Source: Pristiophorus japonicus (lineage: Eukaryota). From it: a stretch of 64,000 nucleotides of DNA. Both the position numbers and the translations under genes were made by a program. The stretch is taken from contig NC_091989.1 in the NCBI RefSeq assembly GCF_044704955.1, forward strand, positions 134,416,001 to 134,480,000, written 5' to 3'. Of the stretch, positions 38,387 to 51,227 are shown in pieces. Below the pieces are notes generated by a model. That model did not search any database. It was not told the origin of the DNA and was given only the letters and a program-made list of their open reading frames with translations. How positions within the stretch are numbered: the stretch's first letter is position 1; the number at the start of each line of letters is the position of its first letter.

Positions 38387-40269
38387 CTTGTATTGCTGCA
38401 GATCCGATTTTTCCAATGCTCTCATACAGCACTCCTTCTCACACACAACTGTCTCTTTAAAAATGGTCGATTGCCAACCCGGAGCTGTACTGCGTATGCG
38501 CGTCCATTGAAATAACGTCAAAAAGGTCACTTTTTTTCCCGTGCATGCACAGAAGGTGCAGCATCGTTTTTTCAATGCAGACAGCAGGCCCCACCCCCCG
38601 AGGTGACTGGACAAGCTGCACGGCGCCAAATTTGAATTATACATCGGGGAAACTTTAGCAAAATATTTCTGCCGCATTTCTGGAAAAACGGGCGTAACTC
38701 TGGCAATGCACCAGAAAATGGGCTTGGGCAAAATTGTTTCCTCAATGATCAGTGAGTTTATTCAGTGTGTAATTTTAACTACATATCAGGCTCAATCTCG
38801 ATTGTGTGCTGAAAGATTGCAATTTTACTTTTTATCAATATTGCTATCTGTAACATTAATTTTCCTTGTGATCACATTCACTTTGTTTCCAGATGCAATA
38901 CTCAGGCAGACTGTATTCACTTCATTCTTGCAGGGATGAAAAATTATGAGGTGCTTTATATTTCTGTTTGATTTAAGAAGACTTACAGAGGTGCTGCATC
39001 ATTTTTCTTCTCCACTTTATTTCCCTTATTCTACCCCTCCTGAGGTCAACGACTCGTGCTGGGATACAATTCCATGAGCAGCGGTGGTCCAATGTGTTCA
39101 CTTGCATACTTCCAATGTGGCTTACTTTAAAGCAATCAAGACTGATTTAGCCCATTCTTTCCTTCTTGACAAAATGGGAACATTTCTGTATTTTATTTTA
39201 TGCAATGCCCGATAATTAGAGTAAATTTGATTTAAAAATTAGCTTCAACGGGACCCTGTTTTTCTGCATCATTGATCAATACATGTAACCGGCTACATAA
39301 TCATATTTTATCCATGTGTATTTAATAGGAAATGTTGTAAACGGGTTTTCCATCTTTTATTGCCTTTATTGAGAAACTAATTATGTCATAAAATGTTTGA
39401 TGGTTAGAACAGCCTGGTTGAAACGTTAACTTATGTAGATTGGCAGACAGTGGAATAGATGATGATAATAGCGGGAGTTTTAACTTGGAGGAGCACATGG
39501 GTTTAGGTGTGAACAGGAAGGGTTTAAGTCAGCAAGAATGCGACGCCTCCGGAAGTCTTCTCCAACCCGCCGACTACTGCGTTTAACTCGTGCGCGTTAG
39601 GCTGGTTGTAAGCAACCCCCTTGGGAGAGGCGTGTTTCCTATTATCATATGCTAATCGCTCAATTGGAGCGATATTTCAGCACAGTTTCAAATTTAACAG
39701 CGCATCCACAGGTGTCCCAGACTTCCTGAAACCAAGGCAAGAACACCACGGCAATTGACAGGATTCATTAAAGTCACACAAATACTCCAATAAATACTCA
39801 GGCCCCAAAATTCATCGACATACCACCCATTTCCGCCCGCTTAGCGCCGAAAAATACAAGTTTCGTCAAAAAACAGGTACATACCGCCGACATACCGTTC
39901 GGCGGTATATTCATCATTGACATACCGCCGAGCGGTCTGCACACCGTCCGCCATGTAGAACCGCCTGCATACCGCCCAAAAAGTGCAAGTTTCATGACAT
40001 ACCGCCGACATACCGTCCTGGAGAAGGTGGTTTTACTCGATCTTAAGTGGGTGGGAATAGGTGATAGTGTTCGGTGCCACCATTTTGAAATCGGGAACAG
40101 TCAGCAAAAGCAGCACCTCTGTATTTCTGAGGTGAACAGTGACTTTACAGTGCGAGTTACAGTGGGAAAGGTAATTATACTGGTACTGATTACATTATTA
40201 AGATAGAAGGCATTTGAGTTAATATTTTTTTCATTGTAAAATCATTTGCGTTTATCTCAGGATATGTGA

Positions 40270-41510
40270 GGAGATTCTGAAGATTTACTATCTCAGCCTG
40301 TATTGTTCAGTACTTGTCCAATTCAGGATCCAGAAGGGAGAAGGTTTATTGAGCAGAATTATCAGGGTAATGGAGGAGGTCGCAGACTGATGAGGAGGAG
40401 GAGGCCTTACCCCCAAAAGGATTTTCAGGGAGAAACGCTCATACATGGACCTGACCGATCGACAGTGCGTTCGAAGGCTGCGCTTCCAAAAAGAGGTGAT
40501 CAATGAGATTTGTCAGCTCATTAAGGCAGACCTGCAGCCCAGGACCACCAACATTACTGCACTCTCTGTTGAAATGAAGGTGACTGCAGCACTTTCCTTT
40601 TATGCATGTGGCTCTTTTCAGGCATCAGCTGGGGATATATGCTGCATTTCTCAGCACACGACTCATCGCTGCATTCGACAGGTAATTGACACACTGTATG
40701 CACACTGGATGAAATTTATAAACTTCCTAATGACCAGGGGGGCACAAAGTGAGAGGGCTTTGGGTTTTGCACGCATTGCCAACTTCCCCAAGGTGCAGGG
40801 TGCTGTTGACTGTACCTATATTGCCCTGCGAGCACCATTACAGGAGACGGAGGTCTACCGAAACCATAAGGGATTCCACTCCCTCAATGTGCAGCTTGTC
40901 TGCGACCATACACAGCGCATAATGGTAGTGAATGCCAACTTTCCAGGGAGCGTCCATGACATGCACATCGTGCGTGAGAGCACTGTGTCTGACCTGTTGA
41001 AGTCTGAGCCACAAGGTAAATGCTGGATGCTGGGGGACAAAGGGTATGGCCTTGCCACCTGGCTCTTGACCCCCCCACGGAACCCTCAGAGAGAAGCTGA
41101 GCAATGATATAATAAGAGCCATATAGACACACGTAATATTATTGATAAGACAATTGGGGTGCAGAAGCAGCACTTTCGACGTTTGGACCACTCGGGAGGT
41201 AGGCTGCAACACCACCCTGAGCAGGTTGCTCAGTTCACAGTGGGGTGCTGCATGTTGCATAATTTAGCAATCATGCAGAAACAGGAATTGCCACAGGGGA
41301 CTGCGGGACCACCTGAGGAGAGAGTGCAGGAGACGGAGGAGGAAGAAGGGGAAAATGAGGAGGAGGAGGATGTGGAGGAGCTTCCAGATGAACCCATGGC
41401 ACCATCCCCACCCCCCCCCAACACCACAGTGGAGGGCACGTGGAGCGTATGCCACTGAAAAATTGTTACGTCAGCAGCTCATAAATAGACGCTTTGCTTG
41501 CATGTGGAGA
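40270..41510 (+). pseudogene. HARBI1-like DDE transposase, disrupted
   Basis: ORF 40445-41107 has ALSVEMKVTAALSFYACGSFQ, FPKVQGAVDCTYIAL, FHSLNVQLVCD and WMLGDKGY. It continues as LDHSGG...CCMLHNLA. Confidence 0.93.
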
Positions 41511-41705
41511 GATATGTTTTGGGACCCTGATGACTGTTACCCCAAAAGCTTGACACTGTACAAGAGTGCTTAAATTCAATTCAAACATTGTAAAACTTAT
41601 AACTATTACTTTGAAAAACTGTAACAACTTTAACAACTTTAACAACTTAATATAAACTTTTAAAAATCAAACGTCAACTATTTTAAATTAACAATGAACA
41701 ATTGA

Positions 41706-43326
41706 CTACAACAAAGCATCCTTTACTGTCCTCGACCTCGACCTCGACCATGTGCTACACCACCCTTCGGACTCACTCCCGCCCTTCCCTTTCCCACTGC
41801 CCCTGAGCCCGGACCTCCCCGTGCTGGTACCAAGCCGGCATGCAGCAGTGCACCCTGAGTGCTGTTGCTGTCGTTGGGGGTCAGACTTTGCAGACGCAAT
41901 AAATGAGGCCTCAGGAGAAGCTCGTGATCCAGAAGGTACGGTTTCAGGGCTGGAAGCTGTTGGCAGCTCCCCACCCTCAGGTGCTGTCGACCCAACTACT
42001 ATGGCGTGCAGGTATTGCGCGCCATATCCCAATCCTGTCGATTGCCGCACAGCATCGACGGAGTCGATGGTTCGCTCTATCGCAGTGATCAGACGCGACA
42101 TATCCTCCGACTGTCATTCTGATAGTGCCGCGATGTTTCCAGCTATTGTAGTATGGCCTTGAGCAGCTCTCAACCTATGTCGACGCTGGCCTGTGACAGC
42201 TGCATCATGTCCTGGTACACGCCTATCTGTCTTGCAGCAATGGACCTTTTCTGCACCAACCTCCGTCGCTGTGGCAAAGGCGCCGCAACACTTGGGGGGT
42301 GGGGGGGCTGCACACCACTTGGTCCCGTAGAATCAGAGGAGGCATGGGGGAATCCCCTGAATATAGACTCGGTGGTGGAGGATGTTCCAGCTGGCCCAGA
42401 TGGAACTGTTACCTCCTCCTCTGTCTCCACCCCCACCTCCACTGGCTCCAGGATGAGCTGCTCTTCCTCTTCCTCTTCCTCATCTCTGGCAGGGGAGAAA
42501 TCGGGAGAGGGCTGGGTGACGCCAGAGGTGGAGGCAGTGGGTCTGTCATCGGGTCTCTCTGCGGAGGTCTAGTCTGAATCCTCCGAGTCTAGAAGTACAA
42601 AACAACATTTAAAAGTGCTTGGCACGGGGAGGGGTCAGGGGTACATGAGTACACCACAGTGACTTAAATGTCCACCACTGCTGCATTACTACATTACATA
42701 TTGCAGACAGACAATACATATATACATATACATATGCATTGTGTTACATGCCCCCACCATTGTAGTACATCATATGAGCCCAACATTACAGTGCAACAAA
42801 CTTACATAACATTACATGAAGCCAACATTACAGTTACAGTTACATTACATGACATTCCATGACATTACGCAACCGCAACACAGACCGGGGATTGTATTGA
42901 ACTGACCATCCTGTGTGAGTGGGTCAGCTCCAACGGCGGTGGTGGCATGGTTGCTATTCCGACCAGCGACAGGGCACGGATCTCAATCTTCATCAAGAGT
43001 TCTTGCGTTGGGGGTCCTCCTCCTTGTGCTGCTGATCCGCTGCTATTGCAGATGTCTTCTTCTGCAGAAAGTAAAGTAAATGAAAGCAAAAATCTCAAAT
43101 CAATTTAACATCGCAAACACACAAGTTCACACACACACACACACATACATCAAAACACTGCGTTGATCCTCTTGTCATTGCCTGAAAGCACAAATACATC
43201 ACCGTAACCTTAGGATAAATAACATCATCCATTTGACACAAAACCTACATTTACATGGTACATGTCACATGGCGGGTGCATAAATAAAATCATTACTTAT
43301 TCTTGCTGCCCTCCCCAGGTCGTTCC
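41706..43326 (-). pseudogene. Harbinger Myb/SANT-like partner gene (end of exon 1, exon 2 ~43062-42866, exon 3 ~42589-41706)
   Basis: Acceptors 'ttctgcag' and 'cttctag'. Acidic low-complexity region, then MMQLSQASVDIG, resembling the other partner genes. RG-rich end. Confidence 0.7.
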
Positions 43327-43470
43327 TGTCATGTATCCAAAAATGTTTACTGCTTGTACTATTACATATGATGTGCCACCAGAGGGCACTACTATGGGAA
43401 ACTTGTACACCAGCTGTATGGTCACTAAGGTGTGCCACCAGAGGGCACTGCAGTGGAGACTTGTAGGAGC
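43327..43470 (+). mobile_element. 5' fragment of an LTR from a fourth family
   Basis: Starts 'tgtcatgtat' like the LTRs at 48163 and 52118. Contains 'tgtgccaccagagggcact' twice. Begins exactly where the Harbinger is cut. Confidence 0.55.
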
Positions 43471-45193
43471 ATTTTGGTGAAGATCAGTGACACACTGCAA
43501 GGCCAAGTCTAAGGTATCTGTCATCCTATTTAAGGCGCCAGACATGTTGGCATTCAGAATGTGCATGGCCATGTCAAGGTGTGCATGGATCTATTTGATT
43601 GCTGCAATTGGTGTTCCAAAGAGTTGACCACTCTATCCATCCAAGAAGACATCATTGCGATGCCCTACGATATCAACCCACTCATGCTTGAGCTGGACTC
43701 CTCCATTCTCTCTGGAATCATGGTCAGTGTGCTTGGAAGGCCTATCTGTACATCACAAATTTTCTGGTGCTCCTCAATGATTCTTCTTTTTATCGATGGC
43801 CCCTGGGGGTACAGCATCTGTTCCAGCTGAGCAGAGCTTGGAGAGGGTTATGCCCTCCGACATGGACTCTCCACTGCTGACCCTGCCGCCACTGTCTGCT
43901 CTTGCTCACTTGTGAAGTGCAAGTCACCAGGTGAAATCCCAACTATCTGTGTGACTGAAGTGTGAGTATCTAAGTTGGTGCATGGTAAACATAAGCCCTG
44001 TGATGGTGTATCCTCAGAAGGAATCAGCTCCTCTGAGGACTTGTAATCCACAAGACTCTTGCTGCATTTGTGAGGGTCCTGTCAGAGAAGAAATATGAAT
44101 TAGTACTGGCAAGATAAGAATATTGCAACATCATTAGGAAGATGATCATATTACTCGTTGCTGAAATCAAATCAAACGACTCACTGATATGCGGCAAACT
44201 ACCCTCCAGAAGAGTGGTAGCAGTGAAATGCAGCTAGCCCATGAGAGGGATGATGGCGAAAGGGGATATAGATGTGGGCATTCCACTCAAAGCGCTTCCA
44301 CTTTTCACGGTGACCCCCTCCTCTGCAATTGTCAGTTGTGAGATCTGTGGAGACCCACCTTCGGTTCTCTCCCTCTCCCTTGTGTTTTGCGCTCCTTTCT
44401 CCTGCAACGGGCGAAAGAGCAGACCTATGAGTGACTGTAATGGCATGTGTTCACCCAATGGATGGCGTGCATTTGGTGAGAATGACTATCAGGGAGAGGC
44501 TTCAAATTGCATGAGAATGAGGGCGAGTGTCAGTGGTGGATGGATAGATGGGGATGTGAGGAAGTGCATAGAAAGAGAACGATGGGTGCGCTTGCGAGGT
44601 TAAGTAGGTGTGAGGAGTGATGTGATGGAGTAGCCTTGAGAAGGAAGAGTGAGGGGGTGGGGGGTGATGCGCACAGTGGGATGTAGATGATTATGCAACT
44701 GTACTCACCTTTCCTGACCTGGTTAAGTCATTAAAGCACTTTCTGCACTGAATCCAGGAGCAAGGCACAATGCTCCTGTTGCTGACCTCCTGGGCCACCA
44801 CCCTCTTTGTGGCAGCAGCAGGTTTTTTCCTCCCGTTGCTGAGGAAGAGACTCTCTCTGCGGCTCCTCATCGTCCCCGCAGTATATCAAGGGAAGCGTTA
44901 TTGAAGCGGGGGTGCAGCCTTTGAGCATCTTGAATCCATTGTCACACATGTCTTCTCTTGCTTCCAATTCCCAACTCCTCTAAATTCCATCTTTGGATTG
45001 GCCCTTTAAATGTGGGTCATTATCACGCCGGCTGCCGCGCAATCAATGCCAAACCCGGAAGCAAAATTATACTGAGGTGCCTGCATTAAAATGCCACAGA
45101 CAGACATGCTGAACTTACTTTTGGATTTTCCACACAATATCGGATCCCTCCCATTCCCTGCTCCCAATGCACCGCGGAGTTAATATCAAGGCC
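43470..45193 (-). mobile_element. Right part of an older Harbinger carrying a Myb/SANT-like gene remnant
   Basis: Minus strand reads SWIQCRKCFNDLTRSGK with a gtgagt donor at 44708. Exon 2 reads EKGAQNTRERERTEGG after 'ttgcag'. Terminus-like 'gttaatatcaaggcc' ends at 45193. Confidence 0.7.
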
Positions 45194-45862
45194 AATCTAT
45201 CTTCTCATGTATTCAACCAGCAATGTAACCCATGTATAATCTGACCTAAGTTGTACATTGTGAGAACAATGACCACTAGGTGGTGAACTTGTGGGAGACA
45301 CTCCTAACCTGGACCTTCAGATATAAAAGGGGAAGCTCCACCCACTTCCTGCACTTGAGTGCTTAGGAATAAAGAACAGGTCACTGACTGACCTTCTCTC
45401 AAGCATGGGCTTCGTAGTAAGGACGTATCAATGGCGACAAGAAACTGGGATTTAAACCACGCGAGCGTGGCCACTAGCAGAACAGTCGAGAGGTACTATG
45501 TTTAGGAATGGTTGGGACAGAGATTCAACATTGTTAAAGCAGCACACAGTTCTCCAGGCAGACAAGGGCAATCGGGCATACCCCAACATGTAGTCGAACC
45601 CAGAGGGTTCACGCCATTGCAAGAGACAATGCGGCCAGTAATGGGGCCATCAACACCTGTTAATGGCGCACTCAAGGACAATAACAGGTGCAGTCAGGAA
45701 CGATCGACTGGCAAGAGACCTTTTGTTTCCAACAGCAGCTCATGTTGGAGGCGTTGAGGCACACACTCAGCCGGAGTTTGCAGAGATGAGCAAAATACCT
45801 GCAGAAATTGCAGAAATGAACGCTAGAGGAAATGGCTGGAAGCTGAAGTTCAGCGAGTTCAT

Positions 45863-48162
45863 GTGGAGCACGTATACAGTTCATACACCAGGACGCCACC
45901 GATAATGATGAAAGTGCTCGTCAATGGCATCCCAGTATCAATGGAGCTAGACACGGGGGCCAGCCAGTCCCTGATGGGTATCAAACAGTTCGAAAAGTTG
46001 TGGGCGTCCAAGGCCAGGAGGCCAAAATTATCACCAATTGACGCACAGCTACGGACATACACAAAGGAGATCATTCCGGTGCTAGGCAGCGCCACGGTAG
46101 TCATGACCCACAAAGATTCGGAGAGCAGGTTGCCACTCTGGGTTGTCCCGGGGGATGGTCCCGCACTACTGTGGAGGAGTTGGCTTGCTGTCATGAACTG
46201 GAAATGGGGCGATGTCAATGCAATTTCCTCTGTGGAGCGAGTATCATGCTCACAGATCCTGGACAAATTTGACTCATTATTTCAACCCGGCATTGGCACT
46301 TTCATGGGAGCCAAGGTAGTGATTCACATAAACCCAGACGCCAGGCCAGTACACCACAAGGCCAGAGCGGTGCCGTACATGATGCGGGAAAAGATAGAAG
46401 GCGAATTGGACCGCCTGCTGAGGGAAGGCATCATCTCGCCAGTCGAATTCAGTGACTGGGCGAGCCTGATTGTGCCGGTGCTCAAGGCGGATGGGTCGGT
46501 CAGGATATGTGGTGATTACAAGGCCACCATCAATCAGGTGTCACTCCAAGACCAGTACCCGCTACCGGGAGCGGAGGACCTCTTTGCGACGCTATCCGGT
46601 AGCAAACCTTTTTCAAAATTGGACCTGACCTCAGCTTACATGACCCAGGAGCTGGCGAGTGAGTCGAAGAAGCTGACCACCATCATCACACACAAGGGGT
46701 TGTTTGAGTACAACAGATGTCCGTTCGGGATTCGCTCGGCCGCCGCGATCTTCCAACGAAATATGGAAAGCCTCCTCGAGTCGATTCCAGGGACGGTGGT
46801 TTTTCAGGACGACATCCTCATAGCGGGTTACGATACTGAAGAACACCTCCACAACCTGGAGGAGGTGCCAAGCAGACTGGACCGGGTAGGACTGCGCCTG
46901 AAAAAGGCGAAGTGCGTCTTCCTAGCTCCAGAGGTAGAATTCCTGGGGATGAGGGTAGCAGCAGACGGAATCAGCCCTACTGCGTCCAAGATGGAAGCGA
47001 TCCAGAGAGCACCCAGACCCCGTAACACGACGGAGCTGGGTTCGTTCCTGGGGCTCCTGAACTATTTTGGTAACTTTCTTCCCAAATTGAGTACGCTGCT
47101 AGAGCCGCTACACGTGCTCCTATGCAAAGGTCGCGAATGGGTCTGGGGGGACAGCCAGGAAAGGGCTTTTAATAGAGCACGCAATTTGTTATCTTCCAAC
47201 AATCTGTTAACGCTATATGACCCATGTAAGAAACTTGTGTTAACGTGCGATGCGTCGTCCTATGGTGTCGGGTGTGTGTTGCAGCATGTCAATGCCAAGG
47301 GTCAGTTACAGCTGGTAGCTTATGCCTCCAGAAGTCTGTCCCAGGCAGAAAGGAGCTACAGGATGGTAGAAAAGGAGGCGCTCGTATGTGTTTATGCGGT
47401 AAAGAAAATGCACCAGTACCTGTTTGGCAGGAAATTTGAGCTGGAGACAGATCACAAATCCCTAACGTCCCTTTTGGCCGACAACAAGGCCATAAATGCA
47501 AACGCATCGGCCTGCATACAGAGGTGGGCACTCACGTTAGCCGCCTATGACTACACAATTTGGCACAGACCGGGCACCGAAAACTGCGCCGATGCACTCA
47601 GCAGGCTCCCACTAGCCACCACTGAGGGGGCTACTGAGCATGCTGCTGAGATGGTCATGGCTGTTGAAGCTTTCGGAAGCGAAGGCTCACCCGTGACAGC
47701 CCGTCAGATTAAAGTCTAGACAAATAGAGACTCGCTATTGTCTCTAGTCAAGAAATGTGTCCTGAATGGGGACTGGGCAGTCATGTACAGGGCATGCCCT
47801 GAGGAATTTAAACCATTTCACAGGCGCAGGGATGAACTCTCGATTCAGGCCAATTGCCTACTGTGGGGAAACCGCGTAGTCATGCCCCAGATGGGCAGAG
47901 AGGTGTTCATCAGAGAACTCCACACTGAGCACCTGGGCATTGTCATAATGAAGGCAATTGCCAGGTCACACGTTTGGTGGCCAGGGATAGACGCAGATCT
48001 GGAATTTTGTGTTCACAGGTGCCCAGCGTGTGCCCAGCTGGGCAATGCGCCCAGGGAAGCCCCCCTTAGCCCCTGGCCATGGCCCGCCAAGCCTTGGTCA
48101 CGCATCCATGTGGACTATGCAGGTCCTTTCATGGGAAAAATGTTTTTGGTTGTAGTAGACGC
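45863..48162 (+). pseudogene. pol of element F (protease-RT-RNase H open for 618 aa, then stop; integrase resumes at ~51233-52070 after the nested copy)
   Basis: LDTGASQS, RICGDYK, VVFQDD, LTCDASSYG, and IHVDYAGP...FLVVVDA, interrupted just before YSKW. Confidence 0.93.
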
Positions 48163-51100
48163 TGTCATGTATTCAACCAGCAATGTAACCCATGTATAAT
48201 CTGACCTAAGTTGTACACTGTGAGAACAATGACCACTAGTTGGGAGACACTCATAACCTGGGCCTTCAGGTACAAAAGGGGAAGCTCCACCCACCTTCAT
48301 CACTTGGAGTGCTAAGAGATAAAGGACAGGTCACAGACTGACCTTCTCTCAAGCATGGGCCTCGTGTGTATTTATACTGTATAGTAAGAACCTATCAATG
48401 GTGACGAGGATGGGATTTAAACCACGCGAGCATGGCCATTAGCAGATCAGACGAGAGGTACTGTGTTAAGGAATGGTTGGGACAGAGATTCAACATTGTT
48501 AAAGCAGCACACAGTTCTCCAGGCAAACAGGGGCAATCGGGCATGCCCCAACATGTAGTCGAACCCAGAGGGGGAGTTCGACAGAGACAATGGCAAGCTG
48601 AACAGCGATTCACACCATTGCAAGGGACAATGCGGCCAGTAATGGGGCCATCAACACCTGGTAATGGCGCACTCAAGGATCTTCCAACGAAATATGGAAA
48701 GCCTCCTCAAGTCGATTCTAGGGACGGTGGTTTTTCAGGACGAAATCCTCATCACGGGTTACAATACTGAAGAACACCGCCACAACCTGGAGGAGATGCT
48801 ACGCAGACTGGACCGGGTAGGGCTGCGCCTGAAAAAGGCGAAGTGCATCTTCCTAGCTCCAGAGGTAGAATTCCTGGGGATGAGGGTAGCAGCAGACGGG
48901 ATCAGCCCTACTGCGTCCAAGACGGAAGCGGTCCAGAGAGCACCCAGACTCCGTAACACGACGGAGCTGCATTCGTTCCTGGGGCTCCTGAACTATTTTG
49001 GTAACTTTCTTCCCAAATTGAGCATGCTGCTAGAGCAGCTACATGTGCTCCTACGCAAAGGTCGCGAATGGGTCTTAGGGGACAGCCAGGAAAGGGCTTT
49101 TAATAAAGCACGCAATTTGTTATGTTCCACCACTCTGTTAACACTATACGACCCATGTAAGAAACTTGTGTTAACGTGCGATGCGTCATCCAATGGTGTC
49201 AGGTGTTTGTTGCAGCATGTCAATGTCAAGGGTCAGTTACAGCTGGTAGCTTATGCCTCCAGGAGTCTGTCCCAGGCAGAAAGGGGCTACGGGATGGTAG
49301 AAGAAGAGGCGCTCGCATGTGCATATGCTGTAAAGAAAATGCGCCAGTACCTGTTTGGCAGGAAATTTGAGCTGGAGACAGATCACAAACCCCTAACGCC
49401 CCTTTTGGCCGACAACAAGGCCATAAATGCAAACGCATCGGCCCGCAAACACAGGTGGGCACTCACGTTAGCCACCTATGACTATACAATTTGGCACAGA
49501 CCGGGCACCGAAAACTGCGCCGATGCACTCAGCAGGCTCCCACTAGCCACCACTGAAGGGGCTACCGAGCATGCTGCTGAGAAGGTCATGGCTGTTGAAG
49601 CTTTCGGAAGTGAAGGCTCACCCGTGACAGCCCGTCAGATTAAAGTCTGGACAAATAGAGACCTGCTATTGTCTCTCGTCAAGAAATGTGTCCTGAATGG
49701 GGACTGGGCAGCCACGTACAGGGCATGCCCTGAGGAATTTAAACCATTTCACAGGCGCAGGGATGAACTCTCGATTCAGGCCAATTGCCTACTGTGGGGT
49801 AACCGCGTAGTCATGCCCCAGATGGGCAGAGAGGTGTTCATCAGAGAACTCCACAATGAGCACCCGGACATTGTCATGATGAAGGCAATTGCCAGGTCAC
49901 ACGTTTGGTGGCCAGGGATAGACGCAGATCTGGAACTTTCTGTTCGCAGGTGCAACACGTGTGCCCAGCTGGGCAATGCGCCCAGGGAAGCCCTCCTTAG
50001 CCCCAGGCCATGGCCCACCAAGCCTTGGTCACGCATCCATGTGGACTACGCAGGTCCTTTCATGGGAAAAATGTTTTTGGTTGTAGCAGACGCCTACTCC
50101 AAATGGATCGAGTGTGACATTTTAAATTCAAGCACATCCTCTGCCACGGTTGAAAGTCTACGGGCAATGTTCGCCGCCCACGGCCTACCGGACGTCTTGG
50201 TCAGCGACAATGACCCGTGCTTCACAAGCACTGAATTCCAGGACTTCATGGAAGGCAATGGATTTAACCATGTCAGAACGGCACCGTTCTAGCCGGTCTC
50301 AAACGGCCAGGCAGAACGAGCAGTGCAGATAATCAAACAGGGGATGCTCAGCATCCAAAGGGGTTCCCTACAAAGTCGCTTATCACGCCTCCTTTTGGCC
50401 TATGGATCCCGACCACATTCGCTCACAGGGGTTCCACCCGCAGAGCTGCTAATGAAAAGGATGCTCAAAACCCGGTTATTCCTTATACACCCCACCATGA
50501 AAGAAATTGTCGAGAGCAGGCGCCAGCCACAATATGACTACCATGACAGGAATGCGAGGGTGCGATGTATTGATGTAAATAATCCTGTTTTTGTCCTCAA
50601 CTATGCTGCTGGGCCCAAATGGCTCGCAGGCACTGTGATTGCCAAAGAGGGAAATAGGATTCTGGTAGTTAAACTTACCAATGGACAAATCTACCGCAAA
50701 CACGTGGATCAAACAAAAAGGAGGTTCAGCAACCCCATAGCAACCCCATAGAAGAAGCAGAGGAAGAACACGATGTAGAGTTCATTCCACCACAGGTGAC
50801 CGAACACCGGAACCGTGTGGAGGAGAGCCCAGTCACTGTGGGCAGTCCGGACAGGCCTGAGGCACCGCAAACAGCAGACACTCAGGCCAGCGCCCAACAA
50901 CCAGAGCCCCAACTCAGGCGCTCTACAAGGGAGCGTAAACCACCAGAGAGACTCAACCTGTGATCACAATAAGACTTTGGGGGGGGAGGTGATGTCATGT
51001 ATTCAACCAGCAATGTAACCCATGTATAATCTGACCTAAGTTGTACACTGTGAGAACAATGACCACTAGGTGGGAGACACTCCTCACCTGGGCCTTTAGG

Positions 51101-51227
51101 TACAAAAGGAGAAGCTCCACCCACCTTCATCACTTGGAGTGCTAAGAAATAAAGGACAGGTCACAGACTGACCTTCTCTCAAGCATGGGCCTCGTGTGCA
51201 TTTATACTGTATAGTAAGGACCTATCA
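48163..51227 (+). mobile_element. LTR retrotransposon G, same family as F, internally deleted, nested in the integrase of F
   Basis: 235-bp LTRs 48163-48397 and 50993-51227 (8 differences counted). Degenerate TSD GACGC/GGCGT. PBS 'tggtgacgaggatgggatt'. ORF 48664-50292 covers RT C-half, RNase H and integrase. Confidence 0.95.
48399..48416 (+). other. Primer binding site complementary to the tRNA-Ser(GCU) 3' end
   Basis: TGGtGACGAGGATGGGAT differs at one base from TGGCGACGAGGATGGGAT, the reverse complement of vertebrate tRNA-Ser(GCU) ...ATCCCATCCTCGTCG-CCA as I recall it. Related PBSs at 12611, 24275 and 45432. Confidence 0.75.

Larger units (their letters stand above)
34131..38741. mobile_element. 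Near-complete two-gene PIF/Harbinger transposon B
   Basis: Left TIR 'gggctcaattttccc'. Right end 'gggcaaaattg' with the last bases damaged. Both ends match the MITE at 55189-55966. Confidence 0.92.
39801..43326. mobile_element. PIF/Harbinger transposon, right end truncated inside Myb exon 1
   Basis: Left end 'ggccccaaaattcatcg', subterminal CATACCGCC repeats, transposase (+) and partner gene (-). Breaks at '...ccccaggtcgttcc' (minus strand NDLGRAAR). Confidence 0.85.
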
